Positions 49,148-61,339 of a stretch of 64,000 nucleotides of DNA are shown here, in pieces (position 1 is the stretch's first letter; each line of letters opens with the position of its first letter). Below the pieces are notes generated by a model, which was not told the origin of the DNA, made no database searches, and saw only the letters and a program-made list of their open reading frames with translations. Position numbers and translations under genes: made by a program. The DNA is taken from contig OZ336881.1 in NCBI GenBank assembly GCA_965287045.1, forward strand, positions 52,514,001-52,578,000. The letters run 5' to 3'. Origin of the DNA: Carcharhinus amblyrhynchos. Lineage: Eukaryota.

Positions 49148-52100
49148 CTGGAAGGAAAAAAAATAGAGTTGGATAAAGACCAGAAGTCCACATGAAGCAC
49201 CGCACATCTGTCAGCATTAGAGGCTGCAGTAAATTGAATGCAAAAATTACCATAATTATTATAATTTACAAGTTGCAACTTTCTGACAGTTGAAAACAGA
49301 GAACACAGGTTTATTTTCCAGACTTTCACACCAAGCTATGTCTGTTTAAATCTTTAAATGTGTCATAATGAATTCACAAAAATGCTATGTAGATTTTCAG
49401 TAGTACCACTATAATCCTACCTTAAAACACTATTTTGTAAAATAATACACTGGGTTTACAACTGGGACTGACTTGTCATATTTCATAATCTGTATCGAAC
49501 AATGAAGATCAGAACAATCACTGCTCACTGCTATACTTCAAAATCTATCTGGCAGAAGACAGGTAGAGTAATGGTTAAGGTAGTCCCTTCAGACTGTTGT
49601 GGTCACAGTTTCAAATTTCAGTGGTATTTCTCCATTATAACGCTTGCTTCTCCCTGGAGTCCCATGATGGATTTAATCAGCTGCAAGCCAGGCCTCCAGG
49701 TGAGATGCCTTCCTAAAGTGGTTTCTCCCCTCAAAGAAAACTTTATACACATCTTACATCAAGTATGTCTGATGCTAAATGCACTGAGCAGCAAAGACAC
49801 TGGAAGCTTTGTAAACGTACAAAATCTTTCTCCTTGCATTCTGAATGCGACAACCCGTTGTGAAGAGAAATGGAGGGGACGGGGACGAGGAAATTGAACC
49901 AAATTAAAATCGCGAAATACATTCAACAGAGTTGCAGGGAAAAAAATAAACAAATCCAGCCCTGAATGTAACTGACGGACATTTGCAATTAGACAAGGTA
50001 TTGGATTATATTTACAAACATGGTAGCTGTTGTCCACCACGGTACACGCAAAAAGTGAACCAATAACAAAAAATCCATGATAAAGGCTGCCTAATAATTT
50101 ATAACCATACATATAAACTGCTCACTTTCCTGGTGAAAGACCATCCGCATATGCTTATGATCATTCTGATTTACTCTATTTTCAGCCTTATGAATTCAGC
50201 TACTGCATTAGTAAATAGTATTCTTAATTTAACCTATTCTTTAAGAATCAGGGTCAATTATTCTTTTTGTAATTGCTCTACAGAGCAGCCAGCAGCAATG
50301 GAGAGCCCAGTAAAACAAATAATTTGCAGGAATAACATTGTTGAGAATTAAGCAAAAACCAAAAAGTCTAGTCTGATTAAAGCAGAGCTTGAAAATGCAC
50401 ATGGGACCATTGTGCACTTAAACACACTTGGTTTATATTAAAGCCAACAATAAATAATATTTAAAAATCAATGATATTTTATTCATTTGTCCAAAAATTA
50501 TTTTGCTCTCAAATGTAACTAATTAATAGTTACAGGAATACCAGATGGTTATTATTTTATTACAAATGACTACACAAGGGACACAGTGGCAACACCCAAG
50601 AAGCTTTATGGCAGGATGATGGATGATTAGCCCAGCAGAAATGTATGTGGACTCACAAGTCACTCCATGGAAACAGTATAGTTTCCCTCACTTCAAAAGC
50701 CATTCTCCCCTCACACATACTTTATTTGAGGTAGCTAAATAAAATAAACTGCATATATTTTCTATGGATTATAAATCCTTTTGAAAATGTAACAAAAGTC
50801 CACCTGCGTTGCTTTAGTTCCATTAGTGGAGACTTTTAAACAGTTTATAGTTATTAACATCTAACAGCATGAAACTATCTTAACATTTTTGACAGAAGGC
50901 ATGCCTTATTTTTTTACACATCCCATTCAGTTTTGCTGAAAATCTGGTTGCATGAAATTATTACACAATCTACATCGAAGCCCAGTTACAAAATGTAAGA
51001 AAAAAACACGAAGACAGAAAAATACCCTCTGGTCCATCCATCCTGTTCCACATAAAAGTGATGTATGTGTTTTACAAATCATACACGCCCCATTCCATTC
51101 TGTCTGGGAACTAGATAGTCTAGAAAAGGTGAAAAACCAACTAAAAGACACAGCCAATTAGAGGACAAAATCTGGAAAGTTCCTCTCCGCTTCCCTTAGG
51201 TAATTAAAACTAGTCCGGAGATCAATCTGGTCCTGATTAATGTTATGCGTTACTACCTTATATGAGATGATCTCTGCCCCAGTCAGAAATAGGTCCAACT
51301 CTTGCTTGAAGGAATTCAGCAAAAATGTAATATAATTCTGTTTTATAATCAGATCATCATAGAACTTTGCTTCCATTTGCTTTACAGAATTATGGGATGA
51401 AATTTAACATAATTGACATGAGTCCAACCTACTGGTTAGAGAACCCACTTATGGGAGAACCCCATTGTTCCTGAGCGAGAAGCTCAGCCAAATAGGTGCC
51501 TGTCAGGCACTTAACTGTCTAGGTTTGTAGTTTACCTGGGATTTAAATCTCACTTCCTCATTCCACCGCCCCCCCCCCCCCCCCAACCCCCCACCACTGT
51601 CCCAAAACTTCCAGCTAATCCGAGCCTGGCAGTTCTTCATTGCCAGCAGTGCCCCCAGGATCAGTGGCTGCTGCTGGTAGTGCTTCAGGCTTTTCCCCAG
51701 AAATCTTCAAGTAAGCAAAGGAAGATGGAGAAGTGGGGAAAGAGTTGCAAGAGAGGGTTGGTGGATAGGGGTCAGTTTGGAGGCAAGGACAGCAGCTGTT
51801 CTGCTCCCACTCTGACCTGTCTGTCTTTAGCCTCTAACATTGTATTAATGAGGATCAATGTAAGGAAAAACACTTCATTTTTTGATGAAGCCATTATAGC
51901 CTTCCAGATTCTACAATTCAACAATGTCAGATTGCAACCAGTTCCTCTATGTTTCAGACAGCAGCTGTTAGTGGTGTTTCTGCAGCTGCCATTTACATCT
52001 CCTCTAAACTCAATTAAGCTTCTTCACTCATTTCATTATCATTCCCTTTTTGACTATATCAGCTTCCACTTTATCTTTTAATCTCCCCTCTCTTCCACCC

Positions 52101-52149
52101 TATCACAAATCTTTCATTTTGTTCTTTTCCTTCTCTCCTTCTTTTCCCT

Positions 52150-52375
52150 GGGGAATTGGTTTAGCTCGTTCGCTACTGGTTAGTAATGCAGAGTAATGCT
52201 AACAGCGCGGATTTAATTCCCATACTGACTGTGATTATTCATGAAGGCCCTGCCTTGTCAGTCTTGCTCCCCGCCTGAAGTATGGTGATCCTCAGGTCAA
52301 AATCACCACCAGTCAACTCCCCTTCTCAAAGCAGAGAGCAGTCTAAGGTATCTGGGACTTGAGTGATTTTACCTG
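52150..52375 (+). mobile_element. tRNA-derived SINE inserted in a decayed Penelope-like fragment (about 51880-52490)
   Basis: Head ggtttagctc...aacagcgcggatttaattccc with A/B-box remnants; body ggtgatcctcaggtcaaaatcaccaccagtc. Confidence 0.55.
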
Positions 52376-55300
52376 TGACTATACTTGCTTGAAACCTCTT
52401 AATGCTCTAGCTTTTTCCAATCCTGGTGAAATTCTGATCAATTTTGTTTCTCGTCAGGTGCGGCCTGATTTGTGGAGTATTCACGGTTGTGTATTAGCTT
52501 TATAATTATTTTTAATCTGGCCTGCCCTCATTTTCTTGACATTGGGATAGAACAGAAATGAAAAGGAAAGCTTTATTTGTTTTTGTCCACTTTGTGTTGC
52601 GAATGCTCTCTTAAACACATAAAAACTACTACAGTTATTAATTTGCTTTGATTTACGTATACCTCAAACTGTTCACCACTGGAAAAAAGACAGAGATAGG
52701 ATGACTACTCAGAAGACTAATACCTTGCAGCCATTCTCCAGTTCACCTCATTTAACTTCCAGGTATTGGGATATTTTCCATTAGGCAAAATGATGTTATC
52801 ATATTTCAGTCTGATACCAAATTTATTGCCTAAGGTGATAACATTGTGACCAGATATACTCCTCTCTTCCCAATCCTGCAATAAATCTGCCATATTCAGA
52901 TACTTTATGCTGGATTGCCTGCTACATTAAATGGAAATAGCAAAAGCAGGCTTTCTTTCTGTGGATCAATTGACAGAATATTTGAAAATATTTATATACA
53001 TATACATAATATATATGTAAATATACATTCTCCTTCAATCAAGTCATAGAACTAAATATTCATAGTGGCTTCCTGATTCAGTGATGAAAGAAGCAGTAAT
53101 TGGGGTCAGAGCAGTCTTTGAACTCAATACTTCATATCCACTTTGGGATTTTTAAAAATGGTTGTCAGAATCATGCCCAGAGAGGTTAAAAGCACTCGTG
53201 TGATACAACAAAACATCTTAAAGCACTCTTGTGTGCTCACAATAATCCTCAATATTACCACATTTTTTCCAAAAAGTGGCTTTAAATTTTAAAACACACA
53301 CAGTCCTGAGTTAATTGCAAAATTCAGCTCCATGGCAGCTGGCAACATAGAAACTAAAGGCCCTCAAAATGGTTTGCACCATGCTTCCAGCCTCTTCCCA
53401 GCCATGCTGGGAATAGAGTTAGTACACGGACATGCCTTCCATACACCAGAACGTTTCACAGTGGGCAGATCACAATCACAAATGACCTGTTAAGCTGATT
53501 GGAGCTGCAAAATTTAGACCTTGAAAGTCCAGTGAATAGCCAACAATCACCAGTTGCATGAGGGATGCCCACGAGTGCTATTTAAAAAGCTAGTTATTTA
53601 ACTTGCCTGGGAGATACTTCTGACTTACTGTTGCACATGTGTTTTGGAGAAATTCTGGTGAGTATTTGCCAGATAGGAAAAGGAGCATTGCAGCATCCAT
53701 AGGGGGAGGACAGAGCAAGTTTGTGACCTGTCCGTACAGTTTTGGGGATCTATGCGCTGGGCCTATGAGTGTGCAACATGTCAGGGAAATAGAGCTGAGG
53801 GGAGGCTGTGTGCAGAGGGAGAAAGTAGGGGGAGGTGGGGTGGTCTTTACAGACGACCCTACTAACTAAAGGTTTTACACAAAAACACTTCTATTATCTC
53901 CACCTCAGCAAGAACAAATGTATGAAATGGCTAAGACTCATCAAAACTATGCCTCCTTCTTTAAGAGGATCTGCAACCTCGCAGAAGAGTAAGGTCGGCG
54001 CTGCCAGTGGCTATCAAGATCATTGTAACCCAAAACTTCTACGTGACTGGATCCTTCTAGGTGGGAGTGTGTGATATTGCAAACATATTCCAGTTCACTG
54101 TCACTGTCATTGCTTTCTCTCCAATCCAGAGGGGAGTAAGATAAGAAGCTAAGATAGTAGGGATCCCTCGACCATGTCAACATGGTTCACCAAACCTCAC
54201 TTGTCAACAAGGAAACATAGTGAAGCTGTTAAGGGGTAATGTCTATTAATGTACAGTTGGATGTGTGATCATGGCAAAACCATCATGTGGTTGAATAGCC
54301 GCTAGCCTGGCAGCCATGAAGCCTTCATCCTGAGGCAGTCTGCCATCCTCACTGTTTTCGGATCTCCTTGAAGGACCAGAGGCCGCGTGCTTGGAGACAT
54401 GACTGATAACCCCCCCTACGTCACTTAACTGTATGAAGAAAATGAGAGCCACCAGAAACATTGTGGAACAGACCATTTGTTTAAGCAATGGCTCTCTGTC
54501 TGAACCATTTAGACTAACTGTTAAATAATCGCCAACGTGCTTCCCCATCCATGGTGATCTGCTGTGTCCCCCGCAATATTGTTAACATAAGGACTCAGCT
54601 ATTGCCTAAGGTTATCTCAGGAATAGGAAGAAGAGGAAGATGCAGGAAGGAGGCATCTAAGACTTTTCACTCAAAGTTCATGAGCACTTAATGAAACTCT
54701 GATTCCCTGTGGACATCAGCTTGTCACACTCATTGCTCTATAATTCCCATGTTCCCATCCATCTGTGACATCTCATCACTGACTCCTGTCGGACAAAATC
54801 CTGCAATAAAAATCACCAGCAACAAGTATTTCTATAACTTTATCTGACCATGTACTTAAAAATACAAAGAAAAATAACTATACGCTTCTGTACATTCACT
54901 TAGTGCCTGTCCTGTGCCTGGCCCAGAGCTGCTATGTAGTGCAAACCTGTGATTGAACATGGCTGGTGGAAGGCAGTTGATGTTCACTGGTGAAGATTGC
55001 ACATAGCCTTTTATGATACTATTGGGTACTTCTGGGCCATGAGGGCCTGGCTTCAGGCTGCACAACCTTGGCATGGACAGCAGCAAACAAACTAGCTCAC
55101 TGTGAGGCAACAACAAGGGCACACATAGTGTAGCAGTGCTTGGAGCATGAATTCTGTCACAAAAGTTTCACATACCACAGATTCACTGTAATTCCCCAGA
55201 TGTGTGCCTTGGGAATTATGGTCATCTGTTGAAAGACAAATTGCTGGGCTGCTGTTGCAATGCCCCTTTGAGTACTGAGGGCTGTGATCATGATGGCAGC

Positions 55301-55747
55301 GGTCTAAGCCTGCCAATCAGCAAGCATGGATTTCATCAGCTCCATCTGAAGGTCTACTGCAGCCTTGACAAACTCAGCAGGATTTTACAGTGTTGCTCCT
55401 CGCCCATCCTAATTCCGTGGTGGGTGAGGTGGTAGAATTCCAGCGTTTGGGTTGTTGCTGTCCGCATTGCCTTGGAAGCTGAGACATTGGCCACCAGAAA
55501 CTGCATCATGGCTAGTTCTGGAAGTGCTGACATGAAGTTGATTACCAGTAGATGTGGACTCCTGGATGCTCCTTGGTAGTGACAAAAAGTTATCTATCAG
55601 GCCTGTCAATGCACCAAGCATTACGGTATGCATTTTAATCAATGTACTCCTATACACCACCCCATTGAAGCCCTTATTTGAGTTGCCTGTAATTAAACAT
55701 ACTGTAATCTCAGCTTCTGGTGAGTTCGTAAACAAGATGTCCACCAG

Positions 55748-56065
55748 GGTGGCATGGTGGCACAGTGGGTAGCACTGCTGCCTCACAATGCTGGAAACCT
55801 GGGTTAAATCTCAGCCTCAGAGCACTGTCTGTGTGGAGTTTGGACATTTTCCCTGTGTCAGAATGGGTTTCCTCCGGGCGCTCCGATTTCCTCCCACAGT
55901 CCAAAGATGTGCGGGTTAGGTTGATTGGCCATGCTAAATTGACCCTAGTGTCAGAGAGATTATCATAAATAAGTGGAGTTGTGGGAATAGGGCCTGGGTG
56001 GGATTATGGTCAGTGCAGACTCGATGGACTGAATGGCCTCCTTCTGCATTGAAAGGATTCTAAAA
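55748..56065 (+). mobile_element. HE1-type V-SINE
   Basis: Full head, V-domain and tail. Confidence 0.9.
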
Positions 56066-56651
56066 TTCTAAGTTCTATTCCACTGGTCTGACTGTAACTC
56101 AATTTGTCCAGTGATTCACCATGTTCTGATCCAAATGCTATACTCACATCCAAAGTTTGTGGCATGCCAGTTTCTGAGCTGATGGTTGAAAGTATCAGAT
56201 GAAATGACAGTGGTTCTTTATTAGAGCTGTGCTGCTGCACTTGCCCTTTGTCTCCAGTTTGCACTGGTTCGCAAGGCAGCAGGTTTGAGTATCTGGAAGT
56301 AGAAGATCAGAAAAGAATGGATGGATGGACTGAGGGAAGAGTTTTGCTAAGGTGGGATTTGAGAAGAGCAATAAGGCAGGAGAAGACTGCCATCTGCACT
56401 ATTGTTCCCAGTTGTACTGGATATAATGGCCTCTGTTATCATCACTCCACGATGCAGAACACACTCTTCCAGCTAGCTTTGGTTCTGACCTGTTCCCCTT
56501 GGTTAGGCATATCTCCTTCTTCACAGCTGTGTTGCACAATGTTTGGGTGATGTGCCCATCATAGCTGAGTAGCTGGAGATGTGTGTTAGTCTTGAGAAAT
56601 TGTTGCAATTATAAACTAGAAGATTAACATCAGAAGCATAAATGATGCTGA

Positions 56652-57640
56652 TGTAATAATGATGTCAGATTACATGATGGAGAAGAAAGAGAAATCTGGA
56701 AATTTGTGACATTCTAACATCATGCAGAGATCCAAACGTATAAATACTTACTGTAAGTAATAGTTTTGAGAAACTACAGATACAAGTAGCATATTTTGGG
56801 AGCATAGACAATCCCTAAAATACTGTCTAGATCCTGAACACACAATGAAACATGATGGCAGTGAGCAAAAGACCCAGCAAATTTTTAAAAAAAGATAAAG
56901 GGCTGGCAAGTGAAAGAGTGAAGGAAGGGCAAAAAGAAAAGAAAATGTTAGACGCAGCAAGACAGTGGAAAATTGCAAGAGCAGCAGCTGCATGCTGAGA
57001 CACAAATGCAGAAACCAAGTAGCAACGAGCACCGGTCCAAGACAGCAAACAGCAACAGAGAAGCAGGAATAATTCCAGGGCTCGGCCAAAGAAAAGCATC
57101 CGCACTATAACTCCCAGAGCTATTTCAGAGTACAGAAGATTCACAGCAGGGACAGGACTGGGACAACTAAAGTGAAAGCTTCACAGGTATGGAACTGCTT
57201 CAAGATCAAGATCAGAAAGACCAGGTCAGTGCACTCCTTTATGCAGTAAGATCTATTGCTGATGACGTGACAGAAAGGCAGGGGCAAATGATTCTCCAAC
57301 TTCTTATGAAGAAGTCCCGCAAGCTTCTGACTCTTATTTCAGCATCCTTTGGAATGTGATAATAGAACTAAATTTAATTTTTAAAAAACAAAGACCAGGC
57401 AATTGTTCATCAACAATCTCTTTTGGCTGGCAGGGAGCTGTGATCATGGAATCCTAAAGGGTGAACTGATTCACAAAAGGAACCGAGATGAAGCATTATC
57501 AGGTCCCTTACAGATAAGAGAGGATTTAGAACTGGTAAAAGCAGCAAGTCAAACAGAACACAGGAAGCAGAATTAGATATCCGATCATGCTATATATTGT
57601 TGACGGAGAATGGTGGAGTGGATCAAAGCATTTCAGCACT
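56652..57640 (+). mobile_element. Gypsy-like LTR retrotransposon 5' remnant (candidate LTR, PBS, gag)
   Basis: gag-like DQVSALLYAV..IADDV...SYEEV...DSYF...NVII...FINNL..LAGSCDHGILKGELI; candidate LTR 56652-56852 (TG..CA) followed by tgatggcagtg, resembling a tRNA-Leu PBS TGGTGGCAGCG. Confidence 0.65.
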
Positions 57641-57771
57641 GCAGGGCTGTCCATTTTTTGTGACCCTGAAGAAAAGGGGTCGAGGGTCACAGAATCTTCC
57701 TGATGACCTCCTCCCAGGCCAGTATAGCCAGGTTGGTGGACCTTCTGCTCCCATCCTGGGCAGAAAGAACT

Positions 57772-57860
57772 TGATGTGGAGATGCCAGCGTTGGATTGGG
57801 GTAAACACAGTAAGAAGTCTGACAACACCAGGTTTAAGTCCAACCGATTTATTTGATAGT
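57772..57860 (-). mobile_element. Truncated Penelope-derived terminal repeat (ribozyme part missing)
   Basis: gatgtggagatgccagcgttggattggggtaaacacagtaagaagtctgacaacaccagg family sequence. Confidence 0.75.
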
Positions 57861-58249
57861 AAACTTGAGTTTACTACAGAAAGAACTTCCTAGCTTTCCT
57901 TGATGGCCAGAAGGAGTTGTTCCAAAAAGGCATTGCTGAACTGTGAAGCAGTGGGTGTATTTCTTTAGGGCATCACCCTAATTTAACGTTTAGCCCATAC
58001 TGGGGCTGCTGTGAGGGAATGTGAGTGTACGTGCCATTTAAATATGGCCGCAGGACATTTGCCCCCACAAGTTAATGGCAGGACAGGTCAATCTCTGCCT
58101 GCCTGACCATGAGATTTGATGAGATCCTCACTGATACATAATGAAAAGTAGAAGATTTTGTGTGAAAATTCGTCCCACATTCAATGAGAATCATGTTGAC
58201 TTACTCACCTGCCACTGCACTGAATCTCCCAATAGAAACTTCCACCCCA

Positions 58250-58520
58250 CATCTTGAGTACCATACACAATTTCGGTCTCCATATTTTGGAAAGGATATA
58301 ACTGTGTTAGAAACAGTTCAGAGAAGGTTCGCTTGACTGACACTTGGGATGGAGGGGTTGTCTTATAAGAGAAGGTAGGTTAGGCCGTGCCTGTATCCAT
58401 TGGAGTTCTTTAAGACTTTGAGGTAATCTTAATGAAACATGTAAAATACTGAGGGGATTTGACAGAGTGGATGCGGAAAGTGTATTTCCATTTGTGAGGG
58501 AAGGAGGCCACTTCCACATG
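58250..58520 (+). mobile_element. CR1 LINE ORF2 3' fragment
   Basis: HLEY..QFRSPY...LETVQRRFA*L...LRGNLNETCKILRGFDRVD motifs. Confidence 0.8.
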
Positions 58521-60260
58521 GGGAGATTACCCACTCAAAGCTGGGAGCTTCCCTTTGGGCCCCAGCGGGGATGGGGGTTTCTCCTTTTTGGGTATTCCAA
58601 CGGCCACAGAGGTGAAATGACTGCCTCCTCCATGACAACACCACGACCACCTGGCCCTGGAATCCTTTCATTCCAGGACCAGAAAGGAATGTCTCCTATC
58701 TGGCACTGGCATTCCTCCAACCCCACTTGCCCCTTTTCAAGGGCCCCTCAACCATTGACACACCATCTCCCTTAGGCATTAGCCTGTCCATGGGCCAGCA
58801 CTACAGTCCACCATCTTTAATTAAAAAGGGACACTTGTAGCAGCCACATAATTGGCCATTGGGGGGGGGGGGGGGGGCACATCCTGCTGTCAGCCTCAGC
58901 AGCAGGATTTTGGCTGTTTCCATAGAATTCCAGCCAAGGTTTCTTTTGTGAAAACATCAATATATGTACAGCTTTATCAAACATATTGTTTAATCCGATC
59001 ATTTGTCTTTCACTTAACTATAGTACAAGCTAGTCATTACTTTATCTCTATACTGCATGTTAAAAACATGTTTATGCCTGCAATAACATTACCACATAGT
59101 ATGTGCAATAAGTATTCAGTATTGTTCTATCTGTTAATTACAAGGGTCAAACATTCCATTCTGCAAAATAGTTATATCTCTCAGCATTATTACCAGTTTG
59201 GTGAATGAATATACTCACTAAAAGAACTGGGCAGTGTCTATATTTCTTTTGTTAAGCCTTGTACCAACTAAGCAGATTGTTTTAAATATAGCGTAATTGT
59301 CATTTCCAAGCCACTTAGTTCAGGGGTAATTAGGGGTGGGTAACAAATGTGGGCCTTGCCAATGAGCCCCACATGCCATGAATGAATAAATAACGAAAAA
59401 CAAGAATGAGAAGGCTGTGCTTTCAAATCCCAGTTCAAAGTTGTAAGTACATCATCAAAACTGGCATTTCAATGCAGTACTGGGGCAAGTTCTGAACAAT
59501 TAGGGTAGTCCCATTTTGCAAATGAGGTGTTATACTGGGGACCACCCACAATTTCAGGTGGACATGAAGCATCCCACATCACTATTTGAAGAAGGGTAGG
59601 AGATTTCTCAAAGTGGCCTGGTAAGTATTTACTCCCCTACGCCTACCCACCGCCCTCCAAACCCTACCACCACTACCACCACCACCCGCTCCGCCTCTCC
59701 CCGTCAAAACTTACACTACACACAAAATAAAATCTGCTCCTTTATTCCATTACAGTTTCTGGGGCCTTGCTGTGTGCAAATCTTTAAATTCATTCTTGGG
59801 ATATAACTGCCACTAACAAGGTCAGAATTCACTGCCCATTCCAAGTTGCCCTTTAAAAGATGGTGGTGGGTTTTGCTTTTGAATCACTGTAGTCCATCTG
59901 GTGAAGGTACAGTGGGGTCAGAATTTTGACAGCTCATTGCTGTGACAACAAGGCCATAAAATGTGACGAGCCATTCACAAGTCTACTGACTTCGCCGGAA
60001 ACGGAAAATCCACTGGCCGGAGGGACTGCAAAATTCTACCCTAGCTTGTGAGTTCCAGGATTTTGACCCAATGAAATTGAAGGAATGGGTGATATACATT
60101 CAAGTCAAGATCATATATAACATGGAGGCATGAAGATGGTGATTTTCCCAGGCATCTGTTTCCTTTGTCCTTTTGCATTGTCAATGCAAATCAGGAGATG
60201 TTGTTGAAGGTACCTTAGTGAATTGTTCTCATGCAATTGGCTGCTGCATTTTCCAAATTA

Positions 60261-60589
60261 GGTTAAAGTTCAACAGGTTTGTTTGGTATCACGAGCATTC
60301 AGATCACTGCTCTTTCATCAGGTGAGTGGCGGTTTGCGGTGTCGGTGGTAGCCATAAGGTGGAGATGCTGGCGTTGGACTGGGGTGGGCACAGTAAGAAG
60401 TCTCACAACAGCTGGTCAAAGCCTAACAGGTGTATTTGGTATCACAAGCTTTCAGAGCACTGCTCCTTCATCAGATGAGTCTGCCTATTGAAGGAGCAGC
60501 GCTCCAAAAGCTCATGATACCAGATAAACCTGGTGTTTTGAGACCTCTTACCATGCCCATCCCAGTCCAATGCCTGCATCTCCATGTTT
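60261..60589. mobile_element. Penelope-derived array: two tandem minus-strand units plus one inverted unit, each with a hammerhead motif
   Basis: Motifs at 60289-60325 (-), 60442-60478 (-) and about 60481-60517 (+); flanked by TTTTCCAAATTA / TTTTCTAAATTA (11 of 12 identical). Confidence 0.8.
60442..60478 (-). ncRNA. Putative minimal type I hammerhead ribozyme (sense strand of USH2A intron)
   Basis: tcat-CTGATGA-a-ggagc-agt-gctct-GAA-agct-t-gtga: core intact, stems I and II closed by G-U wobbles, UU cleavage site. Confidence 0.6.
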
Positions 60590-61339
60590 TTTTCTAAATT
60601 ACAACAATAACTAAACCTTAAAAGTACTTAATTGGTTATACATGGCTTTGGGACATACTGAGGTTGTAAGAGGTAATGCAAGTTCTTACTTTTTTAATGT
60701 AGCCTTATTTTGAAAAGCAACACATTCATAGATTTTGGATCACCAGGGAGATTTTCATTGTGAGATGTGAAATGTTGACTCCAACATTGGCATAACAAGT
60801 AAGTACTAACAAAAGACATTTGTAATCAACTCATACTAAGCATGCACAAATGACTGCCAAAGGAAGACTGGCTGGTCTACCAAGCCTGCTCCACATTCAT
60901 GGTGCCTGAAGAATCAGTGAATTGACACTTCTGGGCCCCAGCAGCCTTGTAATCTTCAGGCTGAGGAAAAACATACGAAAATAAACCAGAACAAAAAGAG
61001 AATAAAAATGTAGAAAATTCCCCTCCAGCCTCTTTGGCAGTGCAGGAGATCACATTGACCGTGTTTACAAAAACAGCCATGAGTCCAGTTCACTTCGTGT
61101 GCAGAAAGTCATGACACTCTTGCACAAACCAACATTTTTTCCAAAGGTATTCCATAATGTCATAGCACATTACTTATATTTACAAAATATCATTAACACT
61201 TCTATTGCGAATACTGTGTGTATATTGGGAAAATTTTCACCCCTGGAACCAAAAGCCTTTAATCTTTTCCAGCGTACTTTCTCATAAATTTTCAATTATT
61301 TTTAACATTTTCTAAAGTGGTGCAAAAATGTTAACACTA

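Larger units (their letters stand above)
53360..58250. mobile_element. Decayed two-gene PIF/Harbinger transposon (transposase on plus, Myb/SANT on minus) with nested insertions
   Basis: Plus 53850-54600: YLHLSKNKCMKWLRL...DLQPRRRVRSALPVAIKI...NFYVTGSF...NVQL.CD...PGSHEAFILRQS...LGD...ATRNIVEQTI. Minus 57640-57960: FSNAFLEQLL...QDGSRRSTNLAILAWEEV. Confidence 0.75.
59400..60690 (+). mobile_element. DeuSINE split by nested LINE, MITE and Penelope-derived insertions
   Basis: Head and Deu domain 59400-59780; resumes aattggctgctgcattttcc (60235) and tail aagtacttaattgg...ctttgggacat...aatgcaagttctt (60600-60690). Confidence 0.7.

Noticed and set aside
52717-52893. 58-aa minus-strand ORF (MADLLQDWEERS...) with an internal AG and GT, possible cryptic exon
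   Set aside because: No similarity to usherin, weak polypyrimidine tract, and exons 29 and 30 already join in frame; length is within chance.
53835-54600. Possible HARBI1 gene
   Set aside because: Multiple stops, frameshifts and deletions through the catalytic region.
58861-58876. 16-nt G or C homopolymers (also 12904-12919 and 51569-51584) as G-quadruplex elements
   Set aside because: All sit inside GC-rich transposon bodies, and homopolymer length is unreliable in assemblies.
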